Below, in pieces: positions 30,448 to 40,494 of a stretch of 61,386 nucleotides of DNA. The DNA comes from Candidatus Thalassarchaeaceae archaeon (GTDB lineage: Archaea > Thermoplasmatota > Poseidoniia > Poseidoniales > Thalassarchaeaceae), in contig JAJPRD010000006.1 of the NCBI GenBank assembly GCA_023700255.1, forward strand, positions 1 through 61,386, read 5' to 3'. The notes beneath the pieces were generated by a model, which had not been told where the DNA came from, ran no database searches, and saw only the letters and a program-made list of their open reading frames with translations. The translations under genes were made by a program, and so were the position numbers. Each line of letters begins with the position of its first letter. Positions within the stretch are counted from its first letter, which is position 1.

Positions 30448-31020
30448 ATGAGCATGGATATCTTTGAGGGACGCATTACATCATGTGGTTTCATATCAGG
30501 AGATAGATTAGTTCTTGGTTATTGGAAAGACTCACCATTTGGTAGTTTTTCTGATATAATGTGGGCAACACCTGATGGTAAAAAAATACTCATAGCCCCT
30601 AATCAAGAAATAGGTGATTATATTTCCTCAATGTATGAATTTGATATTGTCAAAATCGAGGAGATTAAAGTTGAAGAAGATATTAATCAAATAAAAATAG
30701 AAACTAAAGATATCAGTTGCCATTTTGAATGGGGGAATGGAATTTCATTCTTAACTAAAAAAAGACCATTATGGTTTGTTTCTAGCGTAGAATATTTATT
30801 CGGATGGTTAATATTTGGAACGAAAACACATGGGAAAACGAAAAATGGAAAAAAAGAATGGTATGCAGTAGATCGATTATCTAAATTAATTTCGGCTAAA
30901 GCGTATATCAATGGAGAAGATATTGGAGAATTTACTTCATTTTATCCAAAGGCCAACTTCGGTTTTAGTGACCCACCGAAGATGCCATCATCAGTATTGG
31001 TAAGAAGCCATATCGAATAA
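30448..31020 (+). CDS. Hypothetical protein
   Basis: 190-aa ORF filling the gap downstream of tRNA-Phe. Confidence 0.7.
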   Translation: MSMDIFEGRITSCGFISGDRLVLGYWKDSPFGSFSDIMWATPDGKKILIAPNQEIGDYISSMYEFDIVKIEEIKVEEDINQIKIETKDISCHFEWGNGISFLTKKRPLWFVSSVEYLFGWLIFGTKTHGKTKNGKKEWYAVDRLSKLISAKAYINGEDIGEFTSFYPKANFGFSDPPKMPSSVLVRSHIE

Positions 31021-31030
31021 TTGACAAGAA

Positions 31031-32152
31031 TCAGAATATGTCGTCATCATCATCGGTATCATCGAAAGAAATCATAGAACTCGAGGCTGCTGCTTTCTTT
31101 GGAGTCACTTTTCCAGCAGATTCTTTTGACTCGACTTCTAATTTCTCAGACTCAGCCTTCTTTTCTGCTGCTTGGTTTTCAAATTCTGCTAACTCTTCAG
31201 CAGACATACCTGAGACTCTAGCTAACTTCACAATTCTTTCATCACGAGCACGAATTTCTAATAATCTCTGCCGTGCTTTATCATAATGTTGTAGCATGTA
31301 CATAGCATCGTGTTCAAGAAGAGGAGAGTCTGAAATAATCGTTATATCCAACCAATCTCCTTCTTCTGCTAAATATTCTGCAAATGGTTCAAACTTAAGA
31401 TCAGATTTCTTAATTTGAGTATAGTGGAGAGCATTGCCCATTCTATGTTCGACACCTGCAAAGTGACAATAAAATTTCTTACCACCGTAACTCTCTCTAA
31501 CTAAGTCGAATAATTCAGCATAGTCTTCACTAGTTTTCATTTTCCCATGCCCTCTTGCATGTATGTGAGCCATGTTAATCACAGGAACTGTACCTTCTAC
31601 ATGATTACAAACCTCAAGAACCTCTTCAATTGTACCCCATAGTTCTTGACGGCCAGATGTTTCAATACCAACTAAGGATGGTTCAGATTCATGTATCCAT
31701 GGGAAAGCAGCGTAATCTAACTCTTCTTTCGCGACACCCCAAATAGATTGTACTCTTTCTACAACTCCTGAGAAAACATTTGCTACTTGCTCATTTGCTT
31801 TTGTACCGGGTTCATATTCACCATAGGGTCCTACGTGATATGTCAAATGACGAGCATTGAGGATTTTGCCTGCTTGCATGCTTGATTCCATTTTTAATAA
31901 ACTACGATTACGTTCTCTCCTATTTCCAAGAAGTTCTGCATAGTAAGGACCGTGCATGTTCATTTCAATATCTGAATCCCATGAAAGAATTCCTGCTTGC
32001 CAATATTGATCGAAATGTTTTGGTTGTACTGTACGAACAGTTTGTATCTCCATAGCATCTAAACCAAGGACAGTAATATCATCCATCCCTTCAACAATAG
32101 TTCGGCCTTTGCATGATAATGGCACACCGGCTGGACCTAATCGTAGTGGCAT
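31031..32152 (-). CDS. Endonuclease IV-like AP endonuclease (TIM barrel) with acidic C-terminal tail
   Basis: GPAGVP, HGPYY, IETSG, HIHARG, HFAG, SPLLEHDA; GGAGG SD before ATG 32152. Confidence 0.85.
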   Translation of the reverse strand: MPLRLGPAGVPLSCKGRTIVEGMDDITVLGLDAMEIQTVRTVQPKHFDQYWQAGILSWDSDIEMNMHGPYYAELLGNRRERNRSLLKMESSMQAGKILNARHLTYHVGPYGEYEPGTKANEQVANVFSGVVERVQSIWGVAKEELDYAAFPWIHESEPSLVGIETSGRQELWGTIEEVLEVCNHVEGTVPVINMAHIHARGHGKMKTSEDYAELFDLVRESYGGKKFYCHFAGVEHRMGNALHYTQIKKSDLKFEPFAEYLAEEGDWLDITIISDSPLLEHDAMYMLQHYDKARQRLLEIRARDERIVKLARVSGMSAEELAEFENQAAEKKAESEKLEVESKESAGKVTPKKAAASSSMISFDDTDDDDDIF

Positions 32153-32265
32153 ACTTTCATCCTCCGAGGGTTGGCCGAAAGGGTCACCCTTCAAAAGGCA
32201 TTGTTGCTAATCGTCCCTTTAAAAATCTAAAGCAACTGTGGAATTTAAATTATGAAACATCAATA

Positions 32266-32916
32266 TTAACTCAAACAAGCCTTTTTCACACCTGAATTAC
32301 CCGATTCTGAAAAAGGAAGATTACAAATATACCTGGCTAACCATTCTAATGGTTCGAGAGTTTTTTCAGTCACTAGATCGATTGAACCCAATGAATGCTC
32401 AACTAGGACTCTATTTTGAGAATCAATATAACTACAAACATGCGGCACTAACCCTTTGTTTCTGATTTCTTTCAACACATTTTCAATAGTAACTCCTTCC
32501 AATTTAGATATTGCATGTAAAGCATTAGGAGTTAGAAATAGAACATGAATTTGACGTATTCTATTTATCACAAAACCCCATGATTCACTAATATCACTCG
32601 ACACATCAGGCACATCAACTATCATGACCATTCGAGAGCCTTCTAGTTCTCCAAATGTCATTCCTGCACCTAAAGCAGACTTAGGAGAGTCTCCAATAAG
32701 CATTGTCTCAGCAGAATTTATCAGCCAATGTATACCGTTTGTTAATTCACGCCAATTTATAGCCCCATGATCGAAATTTGCAAATGATTCATTATCCTTA
32801 CAGGTTGAAAAATGCACCTTAGCACCTAAAGATTCTGAATGAGATAATACTGCATATGCGTTGTCATTTTTCAGAGGATGACCGAAAGCAACAATACGAA
32901 TATCAGATATAGACAT
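32266..32916 (-). CDS. Hypothetical protein, possible remote PfkB-like fold
   Basis: ORF immediately downstream of pelota; weak similarity only. Confidence 0.55.
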   Translation of the reverse strand: MSISDIRIVAFGHPLKNDNAYAVLSHSESLGAKVHFSTCKDNESFANFDHGAINWRELTNGIHWLINSAETMLIGDSPKSALGAGMTFGELEGSRMVMIVDVPDVSSDISESWGFVINRIRQIHVLFLTPNALHAISKLEGVTIENVLKEIRNKGLVPHVCSYIDSQNRVLVEHSLGSIDLVTEKTLEPLEWLARYICNLPFSESGNSGVKKACLS

Positions 32917-32921
32917 GAAAA

Positions 32922-33980
32922 TCAATCCATTTTCCATCTAAGTAGAGCTATAGCCCCGCCTAATCCCAGAAGTTGTTGCGCTGAATCATGATCTTGAGAT
33001 ACTTGAATAATATTTCCTTTTGAGGATTCAATTTTTTCAGAAATAGATTCCCATAATTTCCTGATTTTTGGATCTAAACTACGTAAAAGAGCAGCATCAA
33101 TTGCCAGAACATCAACCGCACCAGCATCTGCTGCTTCAGAAATAATCTTTGCACCATAAGCCACGGCTCCATTTACAGAAATTCTCTTTAATCCCTCTTC
33201 TATAGCTTTAATTTGGGAAACAAGAGCATGTTCACCTAAAACAGCATCAGCCAAACCTTCAGCAAGTACTTCGTTTGCAGCAGGTCTTCCACCTATTGAA
33301 GTTGCAGCATTAAGAATCTGATTTTTAGCACCAACTTCCCTTAACATTGATTCGAATTGCTCTCGAGCGAGACCTGGTCCACATACCACTAAGGGGATAT
33401 TATTATGAAATACTAATACTGTTTCTTTTGCTACTCGTTCGAAAAAACCTCTACGAACACTTGTGGAGTCAGACACCCTTTTCCCACCACCTCGCATACT
33501 AAATTGGGATACATCCCTAATTCCATGAGATGCAACTTCAAAAAGCATAATTTCATCATTTTCAACTACGATTAAAGCAGATTTCGCTCTAGAACCTGCC
33601 TTAATTGTCTCTTTAAGAAGGGCAGAATCTGAATTGACCAATCCCCCAGGAAATGTCAATTCAATTTCATCACCAGGTGATATAATATGAGTGTGATGAG
33701 AACCTATGTCTATCTTAGCTTCCATTATTATCCCGTGTGCTCTAAGATTATCAGTAAATCCTTGGAATTCAGTTTTCTCAATATCAAGAACTATCCACAT
33801 AGGTTTTCTTTCAGCATTTTTGGCACGGCCATCTTGTTGCGTCCCAGTTGTTGAGTCTCTACGGTGAGATAGCATACCAAGGATTGAACGTGGACGACAT
33901 AATTGAGAAAGAACCCAGAGATCATCTTCAGATTCAATCCTTAGACGAACACCTTCTTCAAGCTTCTTAATCTGTCGCAC
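32922..33980 (-). CDS. pelA: Pelota (Dom34) ribosome rescue factor
   Basis: EDDLWVL, GSHHT, GPG..RE, LGGAIALLR. Confidence 0.92.
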   Translation of the reverse strand: MRQIKKLEEGVRLRIESEDDLWVLSQLCRPRSILGMLSHRRDSTTGTQQDGRAKNAERKPMWIVLDIEKTEFQGFTDNLRAHGIIMEAKIDIGSHHTHIISPGDEIELTFPGGLVNSDSALLKETIKAGSRAKSALIVVENDEIMLFEVASHGIRDVSQFSMRGGGKRVSDSTSVRRGFFERVAKETVLVFHNNIPLVVCGPGLAREQFESMLREVGAKNQILNAATSIGGRPAANEVLAEGLADAVLGEHALVSQIKAIEEGLKRISVNGAVAYGAKIISEAADAGAVDVLAIDAALLRSLDPKIRKLWESISEKIESSKGNIIQVSQDHDSAQQLLGLGGAIALLRWKMD

Positions 33981-33992
33981 AAAACCACAACC

Positions 33993-35708
33993 TCAACCAA
34001 AAACTCCGAGTAGGTTGCCGTCTTCATCCATATCCATGTCCATTGCTGCTGGTCTCTTAGGTAAACCAGGCATGGTCATCATTGAACCACAAATCACAAC
34101 TAAGAATCCCGCACCTGCATTAATTCTTATTTCTCTTATTGGTAATGTAAATCCAGTTGGTGCACCTAGTTCTGAGGACTCATGACTGAATGAATATTGA
34201 GTTTTTGCCATACATATCGGAAGAGTATCCATCCCCCATTTTTTTAGAACTTCGAATGCATGATGTGCCTCTGGACTAAAATCAACAGTATGAGCTCCAT
34301 AGACATTGGTTGCAATTTTTAGAATTGTTTCGCTAGCAGGCATCCCTGGTTCGATAATAGGTGTGTATGGCCTTCCTGCAGCATCATGATCAGCACACGC
34401 ATTAACAACCGCTTTCGCAAGTTCACTAGCACCTATTCCACCATGAGCATGTCCTTCAAAAATAACGACATCTTTAGCACCCGCTAACTTAGCCTCATCA
34501 CTAATCGCCTGAATCTCTGCATCAGTATCAGTTGCAAATTTATTAATTGAAACGATTACAGGGAGACCGGTTGTAGAGATATTTCTCACATGTCGACGGA
34601 GATTACTACTCGCACCTTGACGTGTTGCAGCGACATTTTCGGATTCAAGTTCTTCCTTAGGTGGTCTTTTGCCCCCACCCGTTGAAAACCCTCCACCATG
34701 TAATTTCATACTCCTTACTGTAACATTAATCACCACACAATCAGGAGTTTTACCAGACGCTAATGCCTTGATATGCAAGGCTTTTTCGGCACCCATTTCA
34801 GCTCCAAAGCCGGCTTCAGTGACTACATATTCTGAACATGAAAGTGCTAAAGAATCAGCAATGATCGAAGAATTACCATGAGCAATGTTTGCAAACGGGC
34901 CACAATGAACGAAGGCAGGATCTCCTTCAAGAGTTTGTACTAAGTTTGGTAACAATGCATCCCTTAGAAGGAGAGCCATAGAACCTGCTGCTCCAAGGTC
35001 TTCAGCAGTTACCGGATTTCCAGTTTTAGACTCTGCAATTACAATTCGGCCTAAACGAGCACGTAAATCTGCGTAATTACTCGATAGTGAAAGTATTGCC
35101 ATAACTTCGCTAGCAGCTGTAATGTCGAATCTATCGCTTCTAACTAAACCATTCATTTTACCACCTAAACCAATAGTTACTTCTCTTAATGATCGATCAT
35201 TCATATCGATAACTCGTGGCCAGAAAATACGATTAGTATCGATATTTAATTCATTGTCCCTATGGAGATGATTATCCAGAATTGCAGAACAAAGGTTGTG
35301 AGCTGAAGTAACAGCATGCAAATCTCCTGTGAAATGTAAATTAATTTGCTCCATAGGAATTACTTGTGAAAAACCACCCCCTGCAGCACCTCCTTTAATT
35401 CCAAAAACAGGACCCATTGATGGCTCGCGAACTACACAGGTTGCATTGTGCCCTAGACGATTAAGACCTTGGTTAAGTCCGATTGTTGTAACAGTCTTTC
35501 CTTCTCCGAAAGGAGTCGGATTAACCGAAGTTACAAGAATTAAGAATCCCTGCTTACCAGATGACTTAGATTTCATAGTTTCCCACTTAATTTTAGCAAT
35601 AGTTGGGCCTTGCATAATCAAGTCACTACTAGAAAGTCCAAGCTTTGCAGCAATCTCTTCTATAGGCCTAGGTTCTGCCCTTCGGGCGATATCCAAATCA
35701 CTGTCCAT
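33993..35708 (-). CDS. fhs: Formate--tetrahydrofolate ligase
   Basis: TPFGEGKT, GIKGGAAGGG, GPFANIAHG, AKTQYS, MPGLP. Confidence 0.97.
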   Translation of the reverse strand: MDSDLDIARRAEPRPIEEIAAKLGLSSSDLIMQGPTIAKIKWETMKSKSSGKQGFLILVTSVNPTPFGEGKTVTTIGLNQGLNRLGHNATCVVREPSMGPVFGIKGGAAGGGFSQVIPMEQINLHFTGDLHAVTSAHNLCSAILDNHLHRDNELNIDTNRIFWPRVIDMNDRSLREVTIGLGGKMNGLVRSDRFDITAASEVMAILSLSSNYADLRARLGRIVIAESKTGNPVTAEDLGAAGSMALLLRDALLPNLVQTLEGDPAFVHCGPFANIAHGNSSIIADSLALSCSEYVVTEAGFGAEMGAEKALHIKALASGKTPDCVVINVTVRSMKLHGGGFSTGGGKRPPKEELESENVAATRQGASSNLRRHVRNISTTGLPVIVSINKFATDTDAEIQAISDEAKLAGAKDVVIFEGHAHGGIGASELAKAVVNACADHDAAGRPYTPIIEPGMPASETILKIATNVYGAHTVDFSPEAHHAFEVLKKWGMDTLPICMAKTQYSFSHESSELGAPTGFTLPIREIRINAGAGFLVVICGSMMTMPGLPKRPAAMDMDMDEDGNLLGVFG

Positions 35709-35770
35709 CGTTCTTTCCGGTCGAACTACTCACTTGAAACCTTCATTGCTAACAATTCGTAGGAGGGCAT

Positions 35771-36502
35771 GTGAAGACACCCGACTACTGGGGCATAGCT
35801 GGTTACCCTATATCTCATTCATTGACTCCTAGACTATTTGCGATAGTTGGAGAAAAATTAAATCTTGGAGAGATTAAACAATTATTTCTGGAAGCAAAAA
35901 GTACCGAAGAGTTTGAACAAAACATATCTGACTTAGAAGGAGATTTGTGGATATCAATAACTTCACCATTGAAACATGCGATTAGAGATATACTAAAACT
36001 ACCAGAAACAACAATTGCCAATTCAATTAATCAATTAATGAGGATTGAAGGCGAATGGTTTGGAGCTGATACTGACGGCTATGGATTTGTCGCTGCTGCA
36101 AAATATATTGGGATAGATGCAAATAATTCGGTTTTAAAAATTAGAGGTGGGGGGTCTACTGCTCGATCGATCGCCGCAGCTTGGTCTGATTCGGGTGGAC
36201 AAATAATTCCAATTCAAGGTAGAAGAAAATTAGTTAATGGACCATGGGGTCAATCAATCGTTAAAGATTGTAAAGCAGATATTGCAGTAGATTTAGATGC
36301 TGAACCAGGTGGAGATATCGGCCAGAAAATTAATGCTAAAAAGTTAGTTTCAATATCTTATAATGAGGAGTCTAGTATCGATGATTTCGCAATAATAATG
36401 CTCGTATCACAGCACTTAGAGGCTTGGAGAATATTGTTTGCTGAGGATAAATCAAAATCTCTTCCGAGCCTTGAATATGTTCTAGAACAACTATTTGATT
36501 AG
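35771..36502 (+). CDS. aroE: Shikimate dehydrogenase-family protein, divergent
   Basis: GYPISHSLTP, TSPLK, DTDGYG, GGGSTAR. Confidence 0.78.
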   Translation: MKTPDYWGIAGYPISHSLTPRLFAIVGEKLNLGEIKQLFLEAKSTEEFEQNISDLEGDLWISITSPLKHAIRDILKLPETTIANSINQLMRIEGEWFGADTDGYGFVAAAKYIGIDANNSVLKIRGGGSTARSIAAAWSDSGGQIIPIQGRRKLVNGPWGQSIVKDCKADIAVDLDAEPGGDIGQKINAKKLVSISYNEESSIDDFAIIMLVSQHLEAWRILFAEDKSKSLPSLEYVLEQLFD

Positions 36503-38049
36503 AGAGGAATATTTCCATGTTTCTTAGGGGGAACCCATTCTCTCTTAGTTCTGAGAGGACGTAATGCTTGGACTAACTTTTTTCGTGTCTCCGCTGGTTC
36601 AATAACATCATCCAACCAACCATTCTTTGCAGCAACATATGGATCTCCAAACTTTTGGCGATACTTTTCGACTAAATCTGAGTGTGTTTCAACACGATTA
36701 TCGGATTGTTCAAGTTCACGGCGATGAATGATATTTACAGCACCATCTGCACCCATTACTGCTAATTCTCCAGTGGGCCAAGATATATTGTAATCAGAAC
36801 CAAGATGTTTACATGACATAGCCAAATAAGCACCGCCATACGCCTTCCTAGTTACAACCGTAAGTTTGGGAACTGTTGCCTCAGCATACGCATAGAGCAT
36901 CTTGGCACCATGTCGAATAATACCTCCCCATTCTTGTACTGTTCCAGGTAAAAACCCCGGAACATCAACAAAAGTAATCACAGGTATATTGAATATATCA
37001 CAGGTACGAATAAATCTCGCTGCTTTTACTGAAGCATCAATATCCAAACATCCTGCTAAAACTTTAGGTTGATTAGCTACAATCCCAACAGATTGACCAT
37101 CTAGACGTGCAAAACCAACTAGAATATTATCTGCATATGTTGGAAATAATTCTAAAAATCTACTCTCGTCGACAACTTCTCTGATTACTTTCACCATATC
37201 ATATGGTTTGTTTGAGTCAGATGGTACAATTTTTTCCAACTCTTTACAAGAACGATTCCACGGATCACCTGAATTAACATTAAATGACTCTGCAAGTGTA
37301 TGGTCTGGTAAATATCCTAAAATTTCTGCTGCAATATTAATTGCATCGTGCTCATCATGAGCAACTAGGCATGCAACTCCACTACGACTTGCATGAGACT
37401 CTGCCCCTCCAAGTGTTTTTTCATCTATTTCACCAGAAATAACCTCAGGAATAAAATATGGACTTCTCATAAACATTTGACCATGTTCGGAGCCGAGTAT
37501 TACAAAGTCTGACAAACCTGCCGCTAAAGCACTCACTCCTGAAACAGTTCCAAGAACAAGAGAAATTATTGGTATGCGCCCTGAGCATGCTACAAGGATG
37601 TCAAGTAATTCACCAGTAGCTCCCAAAGCAGGAACGCCTTCGTAAGCACGTTGACCGTCACCATCCCATATCCCTATGATTGGTAATTGAGACTTCTCTG
37701 CGAATTCTGCGACCTTAGCAATTTTTTTAGCATGCATTTCACCCATTGTACCTTCAAAAATTGAGTAATCTTGAGCAAAACAAACGATTCTCCTACCATC
37801 AAGCATCCCGTGGCCTGCAACAACACCATCTCCTAGTGGGCGATGAAGATGCAAATTATGATCACCTGAACGGTGCTGGACAAAGGCATCAACCTCAACG
37901 AATGAATCTGAATCAAGCAAAGCATTGATTCGTTCTCTAGCTGTCATTCGCCCAGATTTTCTCAAATTTTGAACAGAAATTCGGTCACCAGGATTATTCG
38001 CTATTTGACGTAAATTATCAAGAGTCTCACTCGGCGAGGCCCTTACCAT
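36499..38049 (-). CDS. Acyl-CoA carboxylase carboxyltransferase (PccB-like) subunit
   Basis: TARERI, DVPGFLPG, RKAYGGAY, KKHGNIPL. Confidence 0.92.
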   Translation of the reverse strand: MVRASPSETLDNLRQIANNPGDRISVQNLRKSGRMTARERINALLDSDSFVEVDAFVQHRSGDHNLHLHRPLGDGVVAGHGMLDGRRIVCFAQDYSIFEGTMGEMHAKKIAKVAEFAEKSQLPIIGIWDGDGQRAYEGVPALGATGELLDILVACSGRIPIISLVLGTVSGVSALAAGLSDFVILGSEHGQMFMRSPYFIPEVISGEIDEKTLGGAESHASRSGVACLVAHDEHDAINIAAEILGYLPDHTLAESFNVNSGDPWNRSCKELEKIVPSDSNKPYDMVKVIREVVDESRFLELFPTYADNILVGFARLDGQSVGIVANQPKVLAGCLDIDASVKAARFIRTCDIFNIPVITFVDVPGFLPGTVQEWGGIIRHGAKMLYAYAEATVPKLTVVTRKAYGGAYLAMSCKHLGSDYNISWPTGELAVMGADGAVNIIHRRELEQSDNRVETHSDLVEKYRQKFGDPYVAAKNGWLDDVIEPAETRKKLVQALRPLRTKREWVPPKKHGNIPL

Positions 38050-38099
38050 AACGTTTCGAACTAACAGACGGTTATTGACAGAGTCGGCTCAAACATCAA

Positions 38100-39473
38100 T
38101 TAAGATTGAGAATCATATGGATTTTCTCCACACAAATCATCTAGCCAACCATTGGCAATAGCATCTCTTCCACCACCTACTGAAAGAAGATGATGTAACT
38201 TAACTAAACCAGAGCTTGGTGGGCAAAGAGAACCGTGTCCAATCATCCCCATATCTTGTTGGGCACGACCTTTAGAATAAACATCAAGATGAATAGGACC
38301 ATGTATTGTCTGAGTTGTTAGGACGGCAACCCCTCCTGATTTACAGTAATCCTCTATTGTGAATTTTAATTTAATATTCTCTGGACTGTCATTCTCAGAG
38401 TCTTGTATAGGTAAATGTCCAAGTCCTGTACCATGGAAATATAAAGCATCATAACCAGAATCAATTGCTGCCTGAACTAAATCAGAATGTAGATGAGGGC
38501 CTGCAGAAAATTCAGCAATACGAATAGATTCATCAAAGTAAGTTGGAGTCTCTGTTTCAACTCTAGCATCATGCCCTCTTGGCTCAACAAATTCTATTGT
38601 TGCTACATCCTTGTTTACAAGAATATGGGCAATTGGATTTTGGTTGATTGATTTGAAAGCACCACGTCTTGACGAATGATATTTCCTAGATGCACAGCCA
38701 GGAAGTACTGCACAACGACCATCAGAAGAGTCTGCATGTAATACTACTACTGCGGCATCTCCATCTCCGCTAGGTTCTGGACCATGCGCTGCCCAATGTA
38801 CTGCTGCTATGAGATTCTCAGCAGCATCAGAAGAACCTCTATCTGGAGAACGCTGAGAACCTGTTAATGCAATTCTTCCTGAAGGTCTACCACCTTGACC
38901 AGCCCAACCATAAGACATTGCTGCAGCAGTGTAGTGGAGAGTATCTGTACCATGAGTTATTACTACACCAACTGCACCCTCTGCAAATGCCTCTTCTGTT
39001 GCCTTCAACATACGATTCCAATGCCTTGGTCTTATATCATCAGACCACATATTACCCAACTTCACTGCATTAATTCGAGCTATTGATCGTAATTCGGGAA
39101 CAGCATCTAGTAATTCGTCTGGTTCAAACCGTGCAGAAACTGCTCCAGTCTTGTAATCTACTTTAGATGCAATTGTACCACCTGTGTGAATTAAATGAAC
39201 AAGAGGTAAAGATTCATCTTGAGGTTTAGGAGGGATTATCTCAACTTCATCTATATCTACAGAATCAAGTATCTCAATATTTTGAACCATGGATTCAGGA
39301 TATGAAATATTGTATCCATTAACTAGTTTCATAGTCACCAATTTAGGTCCAGCAGAAGGTAGAGAAAGACCCTCGTGAGATGCTTCACCAGCCCATGTCT
39401 TGACTACTAAACGAACAGCGGTTCCCGCCTCAGGCCAATCTACCACGATGGGGGTGGAATACTGCCCCCACAT
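38100..39473 (-). CDS. gatD: Glu-tRNA(Gln) amidotransferase subunit D
   Basis: KL.NGYN, TGGTIASKVDY, HGTDT, GSQRS.DR; start uncertain (39473 or GTG 39446). Confidence 0.92.
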   Translation of the reverse strand: MWGQYSTPIVVDWPEAGTAVRLVVKTWAGEASHEGLSLPSAGPKLVTMKLVNGYNISYPESMVQNIEILDSVDIDEVEIIPPKPQDESLPLVHLIHTGGTIASKVDYKTGAVSARFEPDELLDAVPELRSIARINAVKLGNMWSDDIRPRHWNRMLKATEEAFAEGAVGVVITHGTDTLHYTAAAMSYGWAGQGGRPSGRIALTGSQRSPDRGSSDAAENLIAAVHWAAHGPEPSGDGDAAVVVLHADSSDGRCAVLPGCASRKYHSSRRGAFKSINQNPIAHILVNKDVATIEFVEPRGHDARVETETPTYFDESIRIAEFSAGPHLHSDLVQAAIDSGYDALYFHGTGLGHLPIQDSENDSPENIKLKFTIEDYCKSGGVAVLTTQTIHGPIHLDVYSKGRAQQDMGMIGHGSLCPPSSGLVKLHHLLSVGGGRDAIANGWLDDLCGENPYDSQS

Positions 39474-39535
39474 CAAACACACGCCTCGGAAGACTCTGCT
39501 GATGCCTTCATGGGTGGTTAGCCGTACGAGCCAAC

Positions 39536-40387
39536 ATGGAGGGGCAGACCGCGTTACTTGCAGCACTAATGGCGGGCATTGTTGCAACCACTGTAACCGT
39601 ACTTATTGAAAAATACGGAGGAGTTCTAGGAGGGATTTTAGGAACTATACCCACTACAATTATTCCAGCAGCAATTGGAATGGCATCGGAAGGAGGAGAT
39701 GAAGCATTGCAGCTTAGTTTAGCAATAGTTCCAACTGGGATGTTAATTAATGCAATATTTCTTTCAACATGGGCAATTTTACCAAATAAACTACCAATGA
39801 CATGGAGTAGTAATAAGAAATTGATTGTTACCTGTATTAGTTCTTTGATAATTTGGACTAGCGCTGGTATAGTCGCAATTCAGGCTGTTGATTTAGCAAT
39901 TAAAAATAATTATTCTGCCTATCAAATATCTATAATTGGATTTTTATTAGTAGGAACTCTTGGAACAATCATGTGTTGGAATCTGAAACCAGCACCTAAA
40001 GGAAAAAATCAGGTGAATAAAATCATCCTTTTTTCTAGAGGATTTGTGGCAGCTATCGCCATAGGAATTGCAGTTTTAATATCAGGATTAGGAATGCCTC
40101 TATTAGCGGGATTAGCATCTGTATTCCCTGCAATATTCCTTACAAGTATGGTGGCTTTATGGATGGCACAAGGACCTTCGGTACCATTAGGAGCAGCAGG
40201 CCCAATGATGATGGGTGGTGCATCAGTTGCTGCATACTCAATTATTGCAATGTGGTCAATGATTGAATATGGTTTAGCAATTGGTTCATTAATTGCCTGG
40301 TTCGGTTCAATAATACTATGGTCAATACCCTCATTTGCTTATGTAAATTGGAGATCGAAAATTAAGATGTTCGACGAAGCTATATGA
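39536..40387 (+). CDS. Multi-pass membrane protein with internal duplication (DUF3147-like)
   Basis: About 8-9 hydrophobic helices; GGILGTIP and AGLASVFP repeat. Confidence 0.65.
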   Translation: MEGQTALLAALMAGIVATTVTVLIEKYGGVLGGILGTIPTTIIPAAIGMASEGGDEALQLSLAIVPTGMLINAIFLSTWAILPNKLPMTWSSNKKLIVTCISSLIIWTSAGIVAIQAVDLAIKNNYSAYQISIIGFLLVGTLGTIMCWNLKPAPKGKNQVNKIILFSRGFVAAIAIGIAVLISGLGMPLLAGLASVFPAIFLTSMVALWMAQGPSVPLGAAGPMMMGGASVAAYSIIAMWSMIEYGLAIGSLIAWFGSIILWSIPSFAYVNWRSKIKMFDEAI

Positions 40388-40494
40388 AAGAGACATATGT
40401 CAACAACCAAGAAAAAAGGAGCACTTTATTCCCACCAAATATTCATCAACTCGATAAACAATGATTTTTATCAGTTATTAGTCTCGGACAACTG

